Positions 21,345 through 32,093 of a stretch of 48,736 nucleotides of DNA are shown piece after piece (the first letter of the stretch is position 1; each line of letters opens with the position of its first letter). The notes under the pieces are model-generated. The model did not search any database and was not told where the DNA came from. It was given only the letters and a program-made list of their open reading frames with translations. Source of the stretch: Trichomonas gallinae (Eukaryota); contig MRSU01010668.1 of NCBI GenBank assembly GCA_008369845.1, positions 1-48,736 of the forward strand. Direction: 5' to 3'. Position numbers and translations under genes: made by a program.

Positions 21345-21870
21345 CGAAAAATTTATAGAAAAAGTGACGTGTTTGGTCTCAATTTGAGAGGCCCCATCAA
21401 AATCTTTGGCACTTTTTTATTCGTATTTTTTTATTTTTCTTTTATTCCTTATATATATGGTTTTTGTCTATCATATATCTATTATTTGCTACTTATATAG
21501 GTTTTTGGAATGTCTTATGTTTAATTTATAGCAAAATTTGGAAATTCGTATATTTTCAACAATTAAAAATGGCTTAATATATATTTTTAGCATGAAAATA
21601 TAATTCATTCGTTTATATACTACTATTAATAATGATATCTATAGATCAGTATGCATATTGTTGAGTAAATGTTTCAATACTAAAATGATTATAATATTGT
21701 GATTTTCTCATTAAAATAGGTGGTTAGTGTGCTGTATATATAATTATAAAAATGGATTTTTTTCGACTAAATTTTTTTGCCAAAAAACAAAAACGCGTGA
21801 TTCCTTCTCAAAATATTTTCTATCGACAAAAGTCGTAACGTTTCTAGATTTCCTCATTGGTGCAATAAGC

Positions 21871-22983
21871 ATGCATCCATTAATGGATTCGTTTTATTCT
21901 GAGAATTTTTTTGATAACAAAAAAATTGAGTTTATATCATTTCATTTTCACAAAGCATTGAACCTTCCACAACCATTCTTCCCACTATGCCCAGAGAAGC
22001 TGTTGACAACTGTGCAAGTCAATGCAGGACAAGTTCTCAAGAAAGCACATGGCAATTCTGTTTCCGCAAAATTTTCTTGTGCTTGCAATAAATTGGATGA
22101 GCTCAGAGAGAATATTCGTCTTATTCAGGATAACACATTGATGAACGCCAAGAATATTGTCCAATACTCCAACCTTTTGAAAATTCTTATGACAGATTAT
22201 GATTTAGACCAATATAATATTTCTTACACATATAATGGAGTCAGCAAGAATTCCATCGAGTTTGAAACGTTCTGCTTATATTACAACACAGGTTTAACTC
22301 TAATCAAATCCGTTCATGTATATAGAGCACACAGAGCAGATGTCGATAAATATATCTGGGTGATTAAGCTTGCAAATGATTTAGTAAGCAAAGCACGCGC
22401 TTATTATTCAGAAGAATTTGAGCCCATTGTTCTCAGTGGATCAATCGACAGAGTTTTGAATTATATCAAGGGTTGTTATGCTGCTGCACAAGCTGGTGCT
22501 GCTCTTAGCAAGGATGCTCCACTTGATTTAGTCAGTAAAATCACAATGAGAGTTTCAAATATTTTCAATGGAATCTACATGTTACCTCAGTACTATCGTC
22601 AGTACTATAAAGCTTTGTCACTAGCATATCTCGCTGCGCATGATCACAAGCAACATGAATATGGCGAATGCATTCAGCTGATCAAGAGATCATTCAATAT
22701 TGTTTATGCTGAAAACAAAAAGAAGAATGATCCATTCTATAAGTCATGGAATGAACTTTACAAAGAACTTGTTCCATTGTATGATTTCTATATCACAGAC
22801 TGTGATAAAATGGGTGCAATTGAAAAAAGAAGAGAAATTGAAATTCCTGCACTTTCAAATGACATTGAAATACCCAGCGCAATCAAAAACTGGGATGAAC
22901 TTCCCCCCGAATTCACAGAGACTGATTTAAATAAGCAAAAAATGGTTTCAAATATGTTTACTGTTCAAAAGAATGCAGTATGA
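21871..22983 (+). CDS. Divergent BRO1-domain protein
   Basis: SIEFETFCLYYNTG resembles the BRO1 FEKASVLFN motif and EYGECIQLI resembles YGEAIARL; size is about one BRO1 domain. First in-frame ATG is at 21871. Confidence 0.7.
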   Translation: MHPLMDSFYSENFFDNKKIEFISFHFHKALNLPQPFFPLCPEKLLTTVQVNAGQVLKKAHGNSVSAKFSCACNKLDELRENIRLIQDNTLMNAKNIVQYSNLLKILMTDYDLDQYNISYTYNGVSKNSIEFETFCLYYNTGLTLIKSVHVYRAHRADVDKYIWVIKLANDLVSKARAYYSEEFEPIVLSGSIDRVLNYIKGCYAAAQAGAALSKDAPLDLVSKITMRVSNIFNGIYMLPQYYRQYYKALSLAYLAAHDHKQHEYGECIQLIKRSFNIVYAENKKKNDPFYKSWNELYKELVPLYDFYITDCDKMGAIEKRREIEIPALSNDIEIPSAIKNWDELPPEFTETDLNKQKMVSNMFTVQKNAV

Positions 22984-23395
22984 TAAAATCATTCATTTAA
23001 GACATAGAACACTAATAATTCCAATAGAAAAAGATTGTTATTTATATGCATTTTATTATGATATTTTCTATTCCTTCTTTAAAATATTTGATATATCAAA
23101 CTCAAACCAGTTTTTATAATAAATACTGGCATATCGTTATATAGGTAAAGTAAAACTATAATCACATAAACTAGCAACAATAACAGATAATGTTTTAAAT
23201 GAATGTTTTTGATTGAGATATTTAAAGTTAATTATTTTATTAGTTTACAAGGAAAACAACATTATAATAATATTATAGAAAATAAGATCGCACTTTTCCT
23301 CATATAACATAATTATAACATTATTATTTTTCGAATATGATTAAATGATTTAAAAAAAATTAAAATATATGAAAATAAACAACAAAAACATAGTT

Positions 23396-24292
23396 TTAAA
23401 CAGATGAAAGTTTCTTGCCTGTTGAACAACGTTTCAATTTTGGTGATAAAACAAGTGATGCAGAAATGTGAGCTGAAGCTGAAGATTTTATGAACCTCTT
23501 TCTACCCGAGGTCTCTATTTTCTCTTTCAAGGCTTTTGCGACGACTTCTGCGGTTGGTCTTAATAATGGATCAACCTGTAAACATCTCTGTATAATTTGC
23601 TTCATAAACAAATCTTTGACGTGAGTGTCATCGTAAATTGAATTTAATATCGAGTGAATCATGATCTGTCTTTGCTCATCTGGAAATGGATGAGTTCCAG
23701 TGAAAACGTAGTATAATGTCACGCCCATTGCCCATATATCTGCGGCAAAAGCGTCGTAAGGCTCAAGAGAAATGACTTCTGGGGCAGCATATAATAAGGT
23801 GCCGTTATAAGTTGTGCAATTTTGATCAGTAGTGAATTTCTTGGAGAGGCCGAAATCACAAATCTTGATCCTGCCGTATTTATCTATCAAAAAGTTCGAA
23901 GGTTTAATATCTCCATGCGCGATACAAAATTCGTGACAACTGTGAACTGACTCGGCAATTCCGAGTGCTATCTCGTATTGTTTGTCAATCCTTGCTTTAC
24001 TAGCTTCTAATAACGCTTTTTCGATTGATACTGGACAATATTCCATTAATAAGTATACATATTCTTTGTGACGATAATATTTGTACAACGGGACGATATT
24101 ATTGCTTCTGATTTCTATCATATTCTTAATTTCGTTTTCGTTAAATTCTGTTTCTAATACACGTTTTAATGCAAAATTCGTTGAATATTGGTGGCTATAA
24201 ACCTGATATATCAGGCCGTACGTGCCTCGCCCTATGGTACTGATGTAATCAAAGCCGAATTCGGTGAAGAATTCAGCGTCACAAAGTTCCAT
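23396..24292 (-). CDS. Ser/Thr protein kinase, CAMK-like, non-RD
   Basis: GRGTYG, ALK, HGDIKPSN, DFG, APE and DIWAMG. ATG at 24292 follows tandem GTCACTTT/Inr motifs. Confidence 0.93.
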   Translation of the reverse strand: MELCDAEFFTEFGFDYISTIGRGTYGLIYQVYSHQYSTNFALKRVLETEFNENEIKNMIEIRSNNIVPLYKYYRHKEYVYLLMEYCPVSIEKALLEASKARIDKQYEIALGIAESVHSCHEFCIAHGDIKPSNFLIDKYGRIKICDFGLSKKFTTDQNCTTYNGTLLYAAPEVISLEPYDAFAADIWAMGVTLYYVFTGTHPFPDEQRQIMIHSILNSIYDDTHVKDLFMKQIIQRCLQVDPLLRPTAEVVAKALKEKIETSGRKRFIKSSASAHISASLVLSPKLKRCSTGKKLSSV

Positions 24293-24305
24293 ATTAATAA
24301 AATCG

Positions 24306-24338
24306 AAAAGTGACAAGAATATGACAAAAGTGACAAGA
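24306..24338. promoter_or_regulatory. Tandem AAAAGTGACAAGA direct repeat (two M2 motifs, 20-bp period); reads as Inr TCACTT on the gene strand
   Basis: Identical 13-mers at 24306 and 24326, just upstream of the kinase ATG. Confidence 0.6.
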
Positions 24339-25289
24339 CTTTTCAGATATTTACATTGCCAGTCTTTCAAATTTTTCGGTTTTGATTCAATAATATAATC
24401 TATCGTTATTGATGAAAAACATCAAAATCATGAATAACTTTATGCAATGTAATTTTTTAGTTATTAAAATTTTTGAAAAAAAATATAAAAACATCAAACA
24501 GATTGAATCTATAAAAACAAAAAAAAATAAAATTTTATCATGAAAAGTGACCAAATTAAATCTCCATTTTGCAATCATCGCATTTCTGCAATTTTTGGAT
24601 TATAAATAGTACATATTTCCAATAAAAAAGTCAATTTAACAAGATGACATATTTTATTTTATAATGGGTCTTCCGAAAATAAACAGGGGAAATAATTTCG
24701 CTATAAATTTTTTGGCCTGTGAGATTTACATGTTTTTTGCGGTTGCTTTGTATTCGTTTGAAGATCTTCTACTAACAAATAATGATAAAACCAAAAAATA
24801 ACTATCCTTTGTATAAAATTAATTCCACAATTGCCCATCATCAAGCCAATAAAAGGCATTTTACTCCATAAATCATTTCTGTTGGTTATGTATTGATATA
24901 ATTTACCAATTAGGACATTTGTTATTGAGTTCATTTCGAAGATTCAAATTGATCTCAATTCAAAATCGAAACTTAATCGAATTCCTTAATATATTTGGCT
25001 TCACAAACTGATGTAATGTGGTTTTTGTTATTCCAAATTTATAATCACGTATAGAATTTGTGCAAATAATTTTCGATTTAATTTATCGCTATCAATCAAA
25101 AAATAAATGTTGATAATATATATTTGACATGTTATCAACAGATACACAACAGAGAATACATAAAATAAACATAATTAGTGCAAAATTCATAATATTCTTC
25201 ATAAAATTTATTCACTTTTAGATAATTTGGTCATATTCCACCTAATGATTCTATACAATATATGATAAATAAAAATAAAAGATAAACAA

Positions 25290-28200
25290 TTAATTGTCGA
25301 GTGCGTTATAAGCAGCGATGCGTCCTTCAAGTGTTTCGCGGTCTTTCTGAAGCTGTGCAACATCAGCCTCAAGCTTGTTCATGTCTGCAGTATAGACGTC
25401 GCTCTTTCTCTTGTTGTCTTCTTCTCTTGCGAGAATTGTCTGCATTTCTGCGCCTTTCTTCTTGAGATCTGCCTCGATTGTTTTGATTACAGCATCAACC
25501 TTGGCAACTTCTTCTGGCGGGAGGGGAGGCTGAGCGGTCTTCTTGTTCTGATTCTCTTTCAAATCGTTTTCGATCTTAGATATTTGATCCATCAAAGCCT
25601 CTTTGTTTTGTTGGACACGTTTTTGTTCCTCTTCGATTTCTGTCTTCGTGCTGGCGAGATGTTCCTTGGTCTTCTCGTTGATTGTTTGCTGATGCTCGAA
25701 TTGCAATTTCATGTCTTCGCAAATCTTCTCGAAGCAAAGATCTTTAGCACCGTTCTTCTTCAGCAATCTCGCCATTTGTTTGTCTACTGCTGTTTCCCAG
25801 TTTGTAAGAGTGAGTGGATTCTTTCCTTGCTTGTTGGCAACGTTTAAGTCAACCTTTCTGTCAATGAGCATCTGCATAATATCCAAATAGTTCTTCTTGA
25901 CAACGATGTGTGCTGGATAGTTGCCATCTTTGCCAGGAATGGTCAGATCTGCACCTTTTTCGATGAGTTTGATTGCGATATCCTTGTGGACATCTTTCCT
26001 GAGTGTTTTGACAAGAATTGTGTCACCTTTTTGTGTTTTAGTGTTCAAGTCAACACCTTTGTCGATTAAATACATCACGCATTCATTGTATTTGTTCTTG
26101 AGGCAGTAGCATATAAGTGGGCAGCCTTCTCCATCGACTTCATTGACATCGCCGCCGAGTTGACGGATTTTCTCGGCTGTTTCGAGATCTTGAATCGAGT
26201 AGTAAAAAGCAGATTTCCCTTTCTTGTCTTTGAGAGTGACATTGACTTTTCTTTCGAGGAGCCACTTCGTATGCTCTGGCTTCTTGAGGACAATGGACTG
26301 TATTAATGGTGTATATTGGAACTCTCTGTCTTGTACATTGAAATCTGCATTAAACTCAGCAATTGTCTCAAGATATACGTTGTCGTCTTTAATAACAGAG
26401 AAATGCGCTGGATATTTGCCGATTTTAGAAGGAAGATTTGCGTCAGCTTTGTTTTGCAATAACAGTTTGAGCATCTCAACTTTCTCTGTTTCTATGGCGT
26501 GCATAACAGGTGTGTCTCTGAGCCTCTGGTAGTTGCTGTTTGCCTTGTTTTGGATGAGTTTGAGCAAGATGTCTTTCGAGTTGACCGAAATCGCGTGATA
26601 AAGCGGAATCTTGTCTTCTTCGTCTCTGCTGTTGATGTCGACTTTCTTTTCGATGAAGTAATCTATGAAGTTCATCCTTTCATTCAGAATTGCTGTCACC
26701 AATGGGATCTGTCCGTTGACACCCTTCTCGTCTATCTTGAATCCCAAGTCTAGCAACTTCATAAAATGGTTCATTCTGTCTTCTTTGACGCATCTATGCA
26801 ATGCGCTCAACGTCTTGTCGTTTTCTTTCTTCGCTCCGTTTTCAACCAGGAACTTAACCATATCCCACTGGCAGTGCATTGCAGCTCTTCCAAGCGGAGT
26901 TTCATTGTCAAGTCTTTCGTTGATGTCGAAACCAATTTTGAGCAATTCTCTCATTAAATATATTCTTCCTTCAGCTGCTGCCAAGTGCATCACAGACAAT
27001 CTCGTCGCATTCCTTGCGTTGATTTTCGCTCCATTGCTCAAAAGGAACTTAACAGCACCGAAACTCTCATTGAGCGCAGCAATAGTGAGTGGAGTGTTGT
27101 AGTTGTGGCCTCTTGCGTCGATCATCTCTTTGTCGTATGACAGCAAAACTTTGATGATGCTCGAATGGTTGTATTGTGCCGCCAAGTGGATTGACATTGA
27201 GTCACTCAATGTTTTAGCGTGAATGTCGGCCTTTCTCTTTAACAAGAATTTAACGACATCGAGATTTCCATTCATGCAGGCGACATGCAAACAAGTGTTT
27301 CCATTCCAACATTTTGCGTTGACATCGAATTTCTTGATGAGCATTTTGACCAACTCAAGATTTCCATTCTGGCACGCGTAATACAGAGCGTTGCAATTTT
27401 CTTTGTCAACTTCATCATATGATGAACCTTTCTCAATCAAATATGAAACAACCTCCGGATGACCAAATTTGCAAGCAACAAGTAAAGGTGTCATTCCGTG
27501 AATATCTTTGTGATTTGTTGGCAGATTCTTATTTTCAACTAAATACTTCACGACATGCAAATGGCCGCTTTCACTTGCAGCGTAAACTGGTCCTACGCCA
27601 TTGCAGCTCTCTAAATCGACTACAGCACCTTTCTCTTCCAAAAACTGCAAGAACTCCAATGAGCCTGAATAACATGCAATTAAATACGGCGTCAAATGAT
27701 CGATTTCTCTTGCCTCGTTGATATTCGCTCCGTTGTCGATGCATATCTGAGCCGTCTGTTTATCGTTCTTTGTCGCTGAATAATGAAGAAGATTCAAACC
27801 GTTTTTATCATTGCAATTTGTTTCTGCTCCATTTTCAATTAAAACTTTGTGGACTTCCATCTGTCCTTTTTGGTAAGCCAAGAACAGCAGAGGAACTCCA
27901 TCATAGCCTACCTCATTAACATCTGCCCCTTTTGATATGAAGAACTTGACAATGTCAACGTGGCCTTTTTCCGTTGCATAGAAAATCGGTTTCTTGCCAA
28001 ATTCGTTCTTTTCGTTGATGTCGATTGATTTTTCTTCAACCAAGAATTTGCAGACGTCAAGTTTTCCGCATAATGCAGCAGTGCAAAGGCAAGTGTTTCC
28101 ACCTGTTGCAAACTCGCTTGGTGACTCCCCGACGCTCATCAGATAATCAATGACTTGCGTGTGTCCGTTTTGTGTTGCAATGGAAATTGGAGTTGCGCCG

Positions 28201-29915
28201 CTGTTTGTCTTCGCTTTTCTATCTGCACCGATTGAAACCAAAAATTTGACGGCATCGATTTTTCCGCAGCTTGCAGTCATAATTAATGGTGTCCAGCCAC
28301 TTGGATTTCTTAGCTCTAAGTTTTGCTCACTTTTAACGATGAAATACTTGATTTCTTGTATGAAGTTTTCCTGGCAGCTTTTGAAAATCGTTTTGTCTTT
28401 CTTGACTTTCAAGTTGATATCAGCTTGATCCGCTTTAATCAGCTTGGCTCTCATTTCTTCTGTCTTTGCGTATTTAACCAGGCAATCATATGGATCTTTT
28501 TCTCTTGGCTTGAAGAAAGTCAGCAACTGCTCAGTGGCCTTGAAATCGTTGGCTGAAATGGCAGAGTAAAGAGATTTCCTGCACAAATAATACTTTTCGT
28601 CGTCATCAACTTTTTCCAGTAAAAATGTTAAAATATCCAGTTTCTGGTAATGAACGCAGTAAATGAAGCAGTTTTCATTCAAGTTGTTGATATGATTCAG
28701 TCTGCAGCCCTTTTCGATGCAGAACTTGGCTGTTTGTATGTTAGAGTATCTTATTGCTGTCATCAGACAAGAATCTCCGCTTGGGCCGATTTCGTTGACG
28801 TCAACGCCAGCATTTAATATTGAGGATGCTATGTCAATGAAGCCGTTTTTGACTGCGATCATGAATGCGTCGTAGTTGCTTGCGTTTTTGAAATGCAAGT
28901 CGCTTTTAAGTTCGATTAATTTATTTACTGTGTTTAATCGATTTTTCTCACAAGCGAACATTATTGGGTTCATTTCATTGTAAAGTTCTGTCTTTGCTTC
29001 TGGATTGAACAGCAGTGGAATGATTTTATCTCTATCTAATGAGATTGCGTAGAATAAAGAATCTAATCCATCCTTGTTCCTTATTGTTGGATCGCATTTG
29101 ATGTCTAGCAGGTACCTGACCATGTCATAGTCGTTGTTGACAATGGCTAAATGTAACATTGTCTCTCCTCTTATTGCAAATTTAAAATCAATTCCTCTCA
29201 AATAAAGGAATTTGAGGATTTTGTTCTGCTTGTTGAGTGTTGCCAGGAATGGAGCGTTGTTGCCGTCTTTATCTGTTACATCTTCGTTGCAGCCCAAATT
29301 TGTTAAAATCGAAACTAATTTGAGATTTCCGTTCTTGCATGCGTATAAGTAAGGTGTTGTGCCATCCTTGTCCTTTTCGTTAATTGATGAGCCTTTCATT
29401 AGCAAGTAAATGACTTCATCTGTATTATTTTCTTTTGCAGCTTCGAAAATCTTCTTTTTGGACTTTAGATCTTCTCCAGTGTAGTTTAGCAGTAGTTTTC
29501 TAACGTTTTCATTTCCAAAATCTAGCGCAACTTTGCCTTTTTCTGTTGAATATTCTTGATGAGCGCCATTTTCTAACAAATATCGAATGATTTGTTCATT
29601 TTTCTTTGATGCCGCAAGCATCAGAGCTGTCTCATCCTTAGCAACCACGTTTACTTCTGCTCCTTTATTAATAACGTAATCAACAATATCGAAATCGTTT
29701 GTTTTAATAGCTAGATGTAACAATGACAGACCATCATTATCACGCTTGTTAACATTGGAGTCTGAAATAAGGTGTTTTTCCGCTTCTTGTTTATCTTTCT
29801 TTTTAATTGCGGTAATCAAAGCCTCAGATGCAACAGGGAAAGTCGATGCGTCAACAACTTTGCGTTTTGGATGTGTTGAACTAAAAATTGCTGCTTCTTC
29901 GTCGATTGTTGTCAT
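25290..29915 (-). CDS. Large ankyrin-repeat protein with a C-terminal coiled coil
   Basis: Dozens of ankyrin repeats (GLSLLHLAIK, GWTPLIMTAS, GMTPLLVACKFGH). The last ~150 aa are coiled coil with a PPLPP motif. Confidence 0.95.
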   Translation of the reverse strand: MTTIDEEAAIFSSTHPKRKVVDASTFPVASEALITAIKKKDKQEAEKHLISDSNVNKRDNDGLSLLHLAIKTNDFDIVDYVINKGAEVNVVAKDETALMLAASKKNEQIIRYLLENGAHQEYSTEKGKVALDFGNENVRKLLLNYTGEDLKSKKKIFEAAKENNTDEVIYLLMKGSSINEKDKDGTTPYLYACKNGNLKLVSILTNLGCNEDVTDKDGNNAPFLATLNKQNKILKFLYLRGIDFKFAIRGETMLHLAIVNNDYDMVRYLLDIKCDPTIRNKDGLDSLFYAISLDRDKIIPLLFNPEAKTELYNEMNPIMFACEKNRLNTVNKLIELKSDLHFKNASNYDAFMIAVKNGFIDIASSILNAGVDVNEIGPSGDSCLMTAIRYSNIQTAKFCIEKGCRLNHINNLNENCFIYCVHYQKLDILTFLLEKVDDDEKYYLCRKSLYSAISANDFKATEQLLTFFKPREKDPYDCLVKYAKTEEMRAKLIKADQADINLKVKKDKTIFKSCQENFIQEIKYFIVKSEQNLELRNPSGWTPLIMTASCGKIDAVKFLVSIGADRKAKTNSGATPISIATQNGHTQVIDYLMSVGESPSEFATGGNTCLCTAALCGKLDVCKFLVEEKSIDINEKNEFGKKPIFYATEKGHVDIVKFFISKGADVNEVGYDGVPLLFLAYQKGQMEVHKVLIENGAETNCNDKNGLNLLHYSATKNDKQTAQICIDNGANINEAREIDHLTPYLIACYSGSLEFLQFLEEKGAVVDLESCNGVGPVYAASESGHLHVVKYLVENKNLPTNHKDIHGMTPLLVACKFGHPEVVSYLIEKGSSYDEVDKENCNALYYACQNGNLELVKMLIKKFDVNAKCWNGNTCLHVACMNGNLDVVKFLLKRKADIHAKTLSDSMSIHLAAQYNHSSIIKVLLSYDKEMIDARGHNYNTPLTIAALNESFGAVKFLLSNGAKINARNATRLSVMHLAAAEGRIYLMRELLKIGFDINERLDNETPLGRAAMHCQWDMVKFLVENGAKKENDKTLSALHRCVKEDRMNHFMKLLDLGFKIDEKGVNGQIPLVTAILNERMNFIDYFIEKKVDINSRDEEDKIPLYHAISVNSKDILLKLIQNKANSNYQRLRDTPVMHAIETEKVEMLKLLLQNKADANLPSKIGKYPAHFSVIKDDNVYLETIAEFNADFNVQDREFQYTPLIQSIVLKKPEHTKWLLERKVNVTLKDKKGKSAFYYSIQDLETAEKIRQLGGDVNEVDGEGCPLICYCLKNKYNECVMYLIDKGVDLNTKTQKGDTILVKTLRKDVHKDIAIKLIEKGADLTIPGKDGNYPAHIVVKKNYLDIMQMLIDRKVDLNVANKQGKNPLTLTNWETAVDKQMARLLKKNGAKDLCFEKICEDMKLQFEHQQTINEKTKEHLASTKTEIEEEQKRVQQNKEALMDQISKIENDLKENQNKKTAQPPLPPEEVAKVDAVIKTIEADLKKKGAEMQTILAREEDNKRKSDVYTADMNKLEADVAQLQKDRETLEGRIAAYNALDN

Positions 29916-30876
29916 TAACTTTAATAATTTATTATTTTAGAGATTTTTGAGTCGTAAAAGTGTGAATATCGTTTTTGCAGCCTAAAAACAAATGATTTCA
30001 TATAAATTCTACGTTATTGTCACTTTTTAATGTGATCTAAATTTTGTCACCCGAAATTTGACATTTGTCAAAAAATTTCCAGGTTAATAGCCCTACTGTA
30101 TCTTAAGCCTTAATTTGGAAGGATTCCGCTGGGAAGACCAGGTGTCCTCACCTTTATCTAAATCTATCATTATTACTGTCAAAATCTGATGCTATTGAAT
30201 AGAGAATCAAAATATGGATAAAATCTAATAGATCTGTCATTATCACTGTCATGTTTGTTTTGATGATTTTGAATTGATTTTCAATTTTTGATGATGATTA
30301 CTTTACATGTCAGATTTATTTCACATCACTTCTTTGTTGATCGTACTTCATCTTGGTAGAAATTGATTTTTAATTAAGCATCATAGTAGAAATCACATTA
30401 TTTAGAACAGTAGAGTTGGTATTTTAATAAAAGAAAATTTTACAGAGCAAGACTGTTAACATCAGAATATCGAAATATATTTCAATAGAGCAGTACATCC
30501 CAGAGTACCTCCCTTTATCAATAGAGTTGACAACTTTTCCCGAAATTTTTGCGAATGAGTCAACATAAAAGTGTGTGAATAACAAATATTCTATGTAAAA
30601 GTGAGATCATTTTTGATAATTGTCAATATCTTGAATTTGATGTAATACGATTATTTTTCATTCAATTTTCAAGGTGACTAAAAATGGAAATAATCATATA
30701 ATTTCATAATTTAATGTAATTTCGGTGAATTTAATAGCTACACGCCCGTAAAAACGATGCAAATTTGCTGATTTCGGAATATTTTATCAGCATATTGTGT
30801 GTCTGATATAAATATTGCGTTTTTTCGTGGTTTAGAAAATGATAATTGTCACTTTTCATTCCGAAACATTCGAAAT

Positions 30877-31977
30877 ATGAAGATTCCTAGTTGCGGAATA
30901 AGCAAATCCATATATTCATCCGAAAAAGAAGGTGAAATAGATATATGCGATCATGCCATTCAAGAAACAAACAAACATTCAAATGATTCAAATCTTATTC
31001 GCCCATACACGCCAATATACAAGCCACAACAGATGATATCAGCAGAACAGTCATACATATATTATAAAAACGTTAAAGATTTCAAACAGCTCAAAAAAGA
31101 TACTTTTTCATATAAATGGATTCTGTCTATTTTCAGGAGAATTGCTGAAGAAAACGACATAAATGCAATGCTATACGGAATCAAAGAAGAATACTGTTAC
31201 GTTAAATTTTACGATGGAAGGGACATTTTCGCTGGAATTGCCATGGAAAACAATTTCAAACTCTCTTGTATGATGATCGAATGTGGAGCAAATCACAAAC
31301 CTCACAAAAATTTGCATTTTAATGATTTTTCGTTTTTCTGCGCAAATGGAAATTTCGATGCTGTGAGATACTTTATCAAGCTTCCGGATTTCGACATTAA
31401 CGCCCCTGCAAACGAATTAGCTTTGATTTCAGCAGTTTCAAGAAATCATATCAAAATTGTCAGAACCTTAATTACAATTCCTGGAATAAATGTCAACATG
31501 AGAGATTCTTTGGATTGGACGGCCCTCATGTATGCATCTAGGGCAGGTTATCTTGACATTGTCAAATTGCTTGTCTCATTTCCTGAGATTGATATCAACG
31601 CCCATGATAAGTATGGTACAACAGCTTTGATGTTTGCAGCGAGAGAAGGTCATCATGAAATTGTCAAATATCTTCTCTTGGTTCTAGGAATAGATATTAA
31701 CAAACAGAATTTGAGTGGATGGACCGCTTTGATGTATGCCGCTGAATGTGGTCATGTTGAAGTTGTCAAAGTTCTGATGTCAGTACCTGAAATAGATATC
31801 AGCATCACAAACAAGGATGGTTTTACAGCTTCAATGTTGGCCAAAAGAAAAGGTTATCAAGAAATTGACAATTTAATTAAATTAAATTGTCAAGATAAGC
31901 TTAAATATTGCCAAGATGCATATGAGTATTTGCAAACAAAAAAAAAAACAATTTTGTCCCGTTTGAAATTAAAATAG
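30877..31977 (+). CDS. Ankyrin-repeat protein ('PGIDIN' subfamily)
   Basis: Repeats WTALMYASRAGYLDIVKLLVSFPEIDIN and GTTALMFAAREGHHEIVKYLL. ATG at 30877 follows GTCACTTT at 30848. Confidence 0.92.
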   Translation: MKIPSCGISKSIYSSEKEGEIDICDHAIQETNKHSNDSNLIRPYTPIYKPQQMISAEQSYIYYKNVKDFKQLKKDTFSYKWILSIFRRIAEENDINAMLYGIKEEYCYVKFYDGRDIFAGIAMENNFKLSCMMIECGANHKPHKNLHFNDFSFFCANGNFDAVRYFIKLPDFDINAPANELALISAVSRNHIKIVRTLITIPGINVNMRDSLDWTALMYASRAGYLDIVKLLVSFPEIDINAHDKYGTTALMFAAREGHHEIVKYLLLVLGIDINKQNLSGWTALMYAAECGHVEVVKVLMSVPEIDISITNKDGFTASMLAKRKGYQEIDNLIKLNCQDKLKYCQDAYEYLQTKKKTILSRLKLK

Positions 31978-32093
31978 TTATTTATTAGTTTTTAACAATA
32001 TTTACTATACTTATAACATTCATATATATATTAAATCATAAAAAATAAAAGGAAATTCATTAATAATAAAATCAAAAATTCATTATATTAATA

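Noticed and set aside
21727..21870. 5' ORF extensions from GTG/TTG or upstream starts (also 24370, 30799, 47063)
   Set aside because: They run through AT-rich promoter DNA, at 24370, 30799 and 47063 containing M2/Inr motifs; downstream ATGs fit better.
25108..25140. TGTTGATAA...TTATCAACA hairpin
   Set aside because: A short AT-rich inverted repeat, plausible by chance, with no TSD or second copy to suggest a MITE.
25584..28556. Many antisense ORFs inside the large ankyrin gene (similarly inside the ARM, kinase and coiled-coil genes)
   Set aside because: No motifs; expected from codon bias on the coding strand.
30159..30251. Imperfect ~23-bp direct repeat (TAAATCTATCATTATTACTGTCA / TAGATCTGTCATTATCACTGTCA), superficially like repeat-spacer-repeat
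   Set aside because: Only two degenerate copies, no cas genes and a eukaryotic context; not a CRISPR array.
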